A stretch of DNA of 64,000 bases from Klebsiella michiganensis (GTDB lineage Bacteria; Pseudomonadota; Gammaproteobacteria; Enterobacterales; Enterobacteriaceae), in NCBI GenBank assembly GCA_000963575.1, contig CP011077.1, positions 112,288-176,287 of the forward strand, given 5' to 3'. This document shows positions 63,554 to 64,000 of the stretch, piece by piece. A model generated the notes under the pieces. It was not told where the DNA came from. It saw only the letters and a list, made by a program, of their open reading frames with translations, and did no database searches. Both the position numbers and the translations under genes were made by a program. Positions within the stretch are counted from its first letter, which is position 1; each line of letters starts with the position of its first letter.

Positions 63554-64000
63554 ATGGCAGGAAATAAACCCTTCAACAAACCGAACGAACCCCGCGACCG
63601 TCAGGTAGAAGGGCTGAAAATGCCGCCGCACTCGCTTGAGGCGGAGCAGTCGGTGTTGGGCGGTTTGATGCTGGACAACGAACGCTGGGATAACGTCGCC
63701 GAGCGCGTGGTCGCCAACGACTTCTTCAGCCGTCCGCACCGCATGATCTTCACCGAAATGCAGCGCCTGCTCGAAATGAGCAAACCCATCGACCTGATTA
63801 CGCTTTCGGAATCCCTGGAACTCCAGGGCCAGCTCGAGAGCGTCGGCGGTTTTGCTTATCTCGCGGAGCTTTCTAAAAACACGCCAAGTGCGGCAAACAT
63901 CAGCGCCTATGCGGATATCGTTCGCGAACGTGCGGTTGTGCGCGAAATGATTGCGGTCGCCAATGAAATTGCCGATGCCGGCTACGACCCACAGGGGCGT
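63554..64000 (+). CDS. dnaB: replicative DNA helicase DnaB, N-terminal part (3' end outside window)
   Basis: MAGNKPFNKPNEPRDRQVEGLKMPPHSLEAEQSVLGGLMLDNERWD… matches the DnaB N-terminus. Confidence 0.95.
   Translation, partial: MAGNKPFNKPNEPRDRQVEGLKMPPHSLEAEQSVLGGLMLDNERWDNVAERVVANDFFSRPHRMIFTEMQRLLEMSKPIDLITLSESLELQGQLESVGGFAYLAELSKNTPSAANISAYADIVRERAVVREMIAVANEIADAGYDPQGR

Overview
This window is a chromosomal segment from an Enterobacteriaceae genome, running argH to dnaB and largely syntenic with the E. coli 89-92 min region. The family call rests on near-identical protein homologies to E. coli K-12 genes (OxyR, SthA, FabR, TrmA, BtuB, MurI, MetA, AceBAK, IclR, MetH, YjbB, RluF, LysC, Pgi, YjbEFGH, PsiE, MalGFE/K, LamB, MalM, UbiCA, PlsB, DgkA, LexA, DinF, Zur, DusA, Qor, DnaB). 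Within the family a Klebsiella/Enterobacter-like lineage is only a guess.

One complete rrn operon (16S, tRNA-Glu, 23S, 5S, with P1/P2 promoters and T1 terminator) lies between murI and metA. This collapses what are two separate rrn contexts in E. coli (rrnB upstream, rrnE downstream).

Recognisable RNA regulatory elements are the oxyS sRNA, the btuB cobalamin riboswitch, the lysC lysine riboswitch, MetJ boxes, IclR boxes and LexA boxes.

The accessory content, relative to the E. coli K-12 backbone, is:
- a ccdA/ccdB-like toxin-antitoxin pair sitting where pepE would be (yjbB-rluF interval);
- an insertion between yjbD and lysC carrying a BASS-family transporter, an RtcR (CARF/sigma-54 activator) gene, and a divergent sigma-54-driven operon. 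That operon encodes a cytoplasmic SPFH/slipin protein, RtcB RNA ligase and a Pol-beta-superfamily nucleotidyltransferase, with no RtcA and no Rsr. It is preceded by an approximately 270-nt structured leader containing a tRNA T-arm-like motif. This is the most unusual system in the window.
- a cupin gene and an outer-membrane beta-barrel gene between zur and dusA.

Other points: a 10-copy, 43-bp tandem repeat array in the malE-malF intergenic region; a frameshifted dinF (G5 tract); and a stem-loop between yjbE and yjbF.
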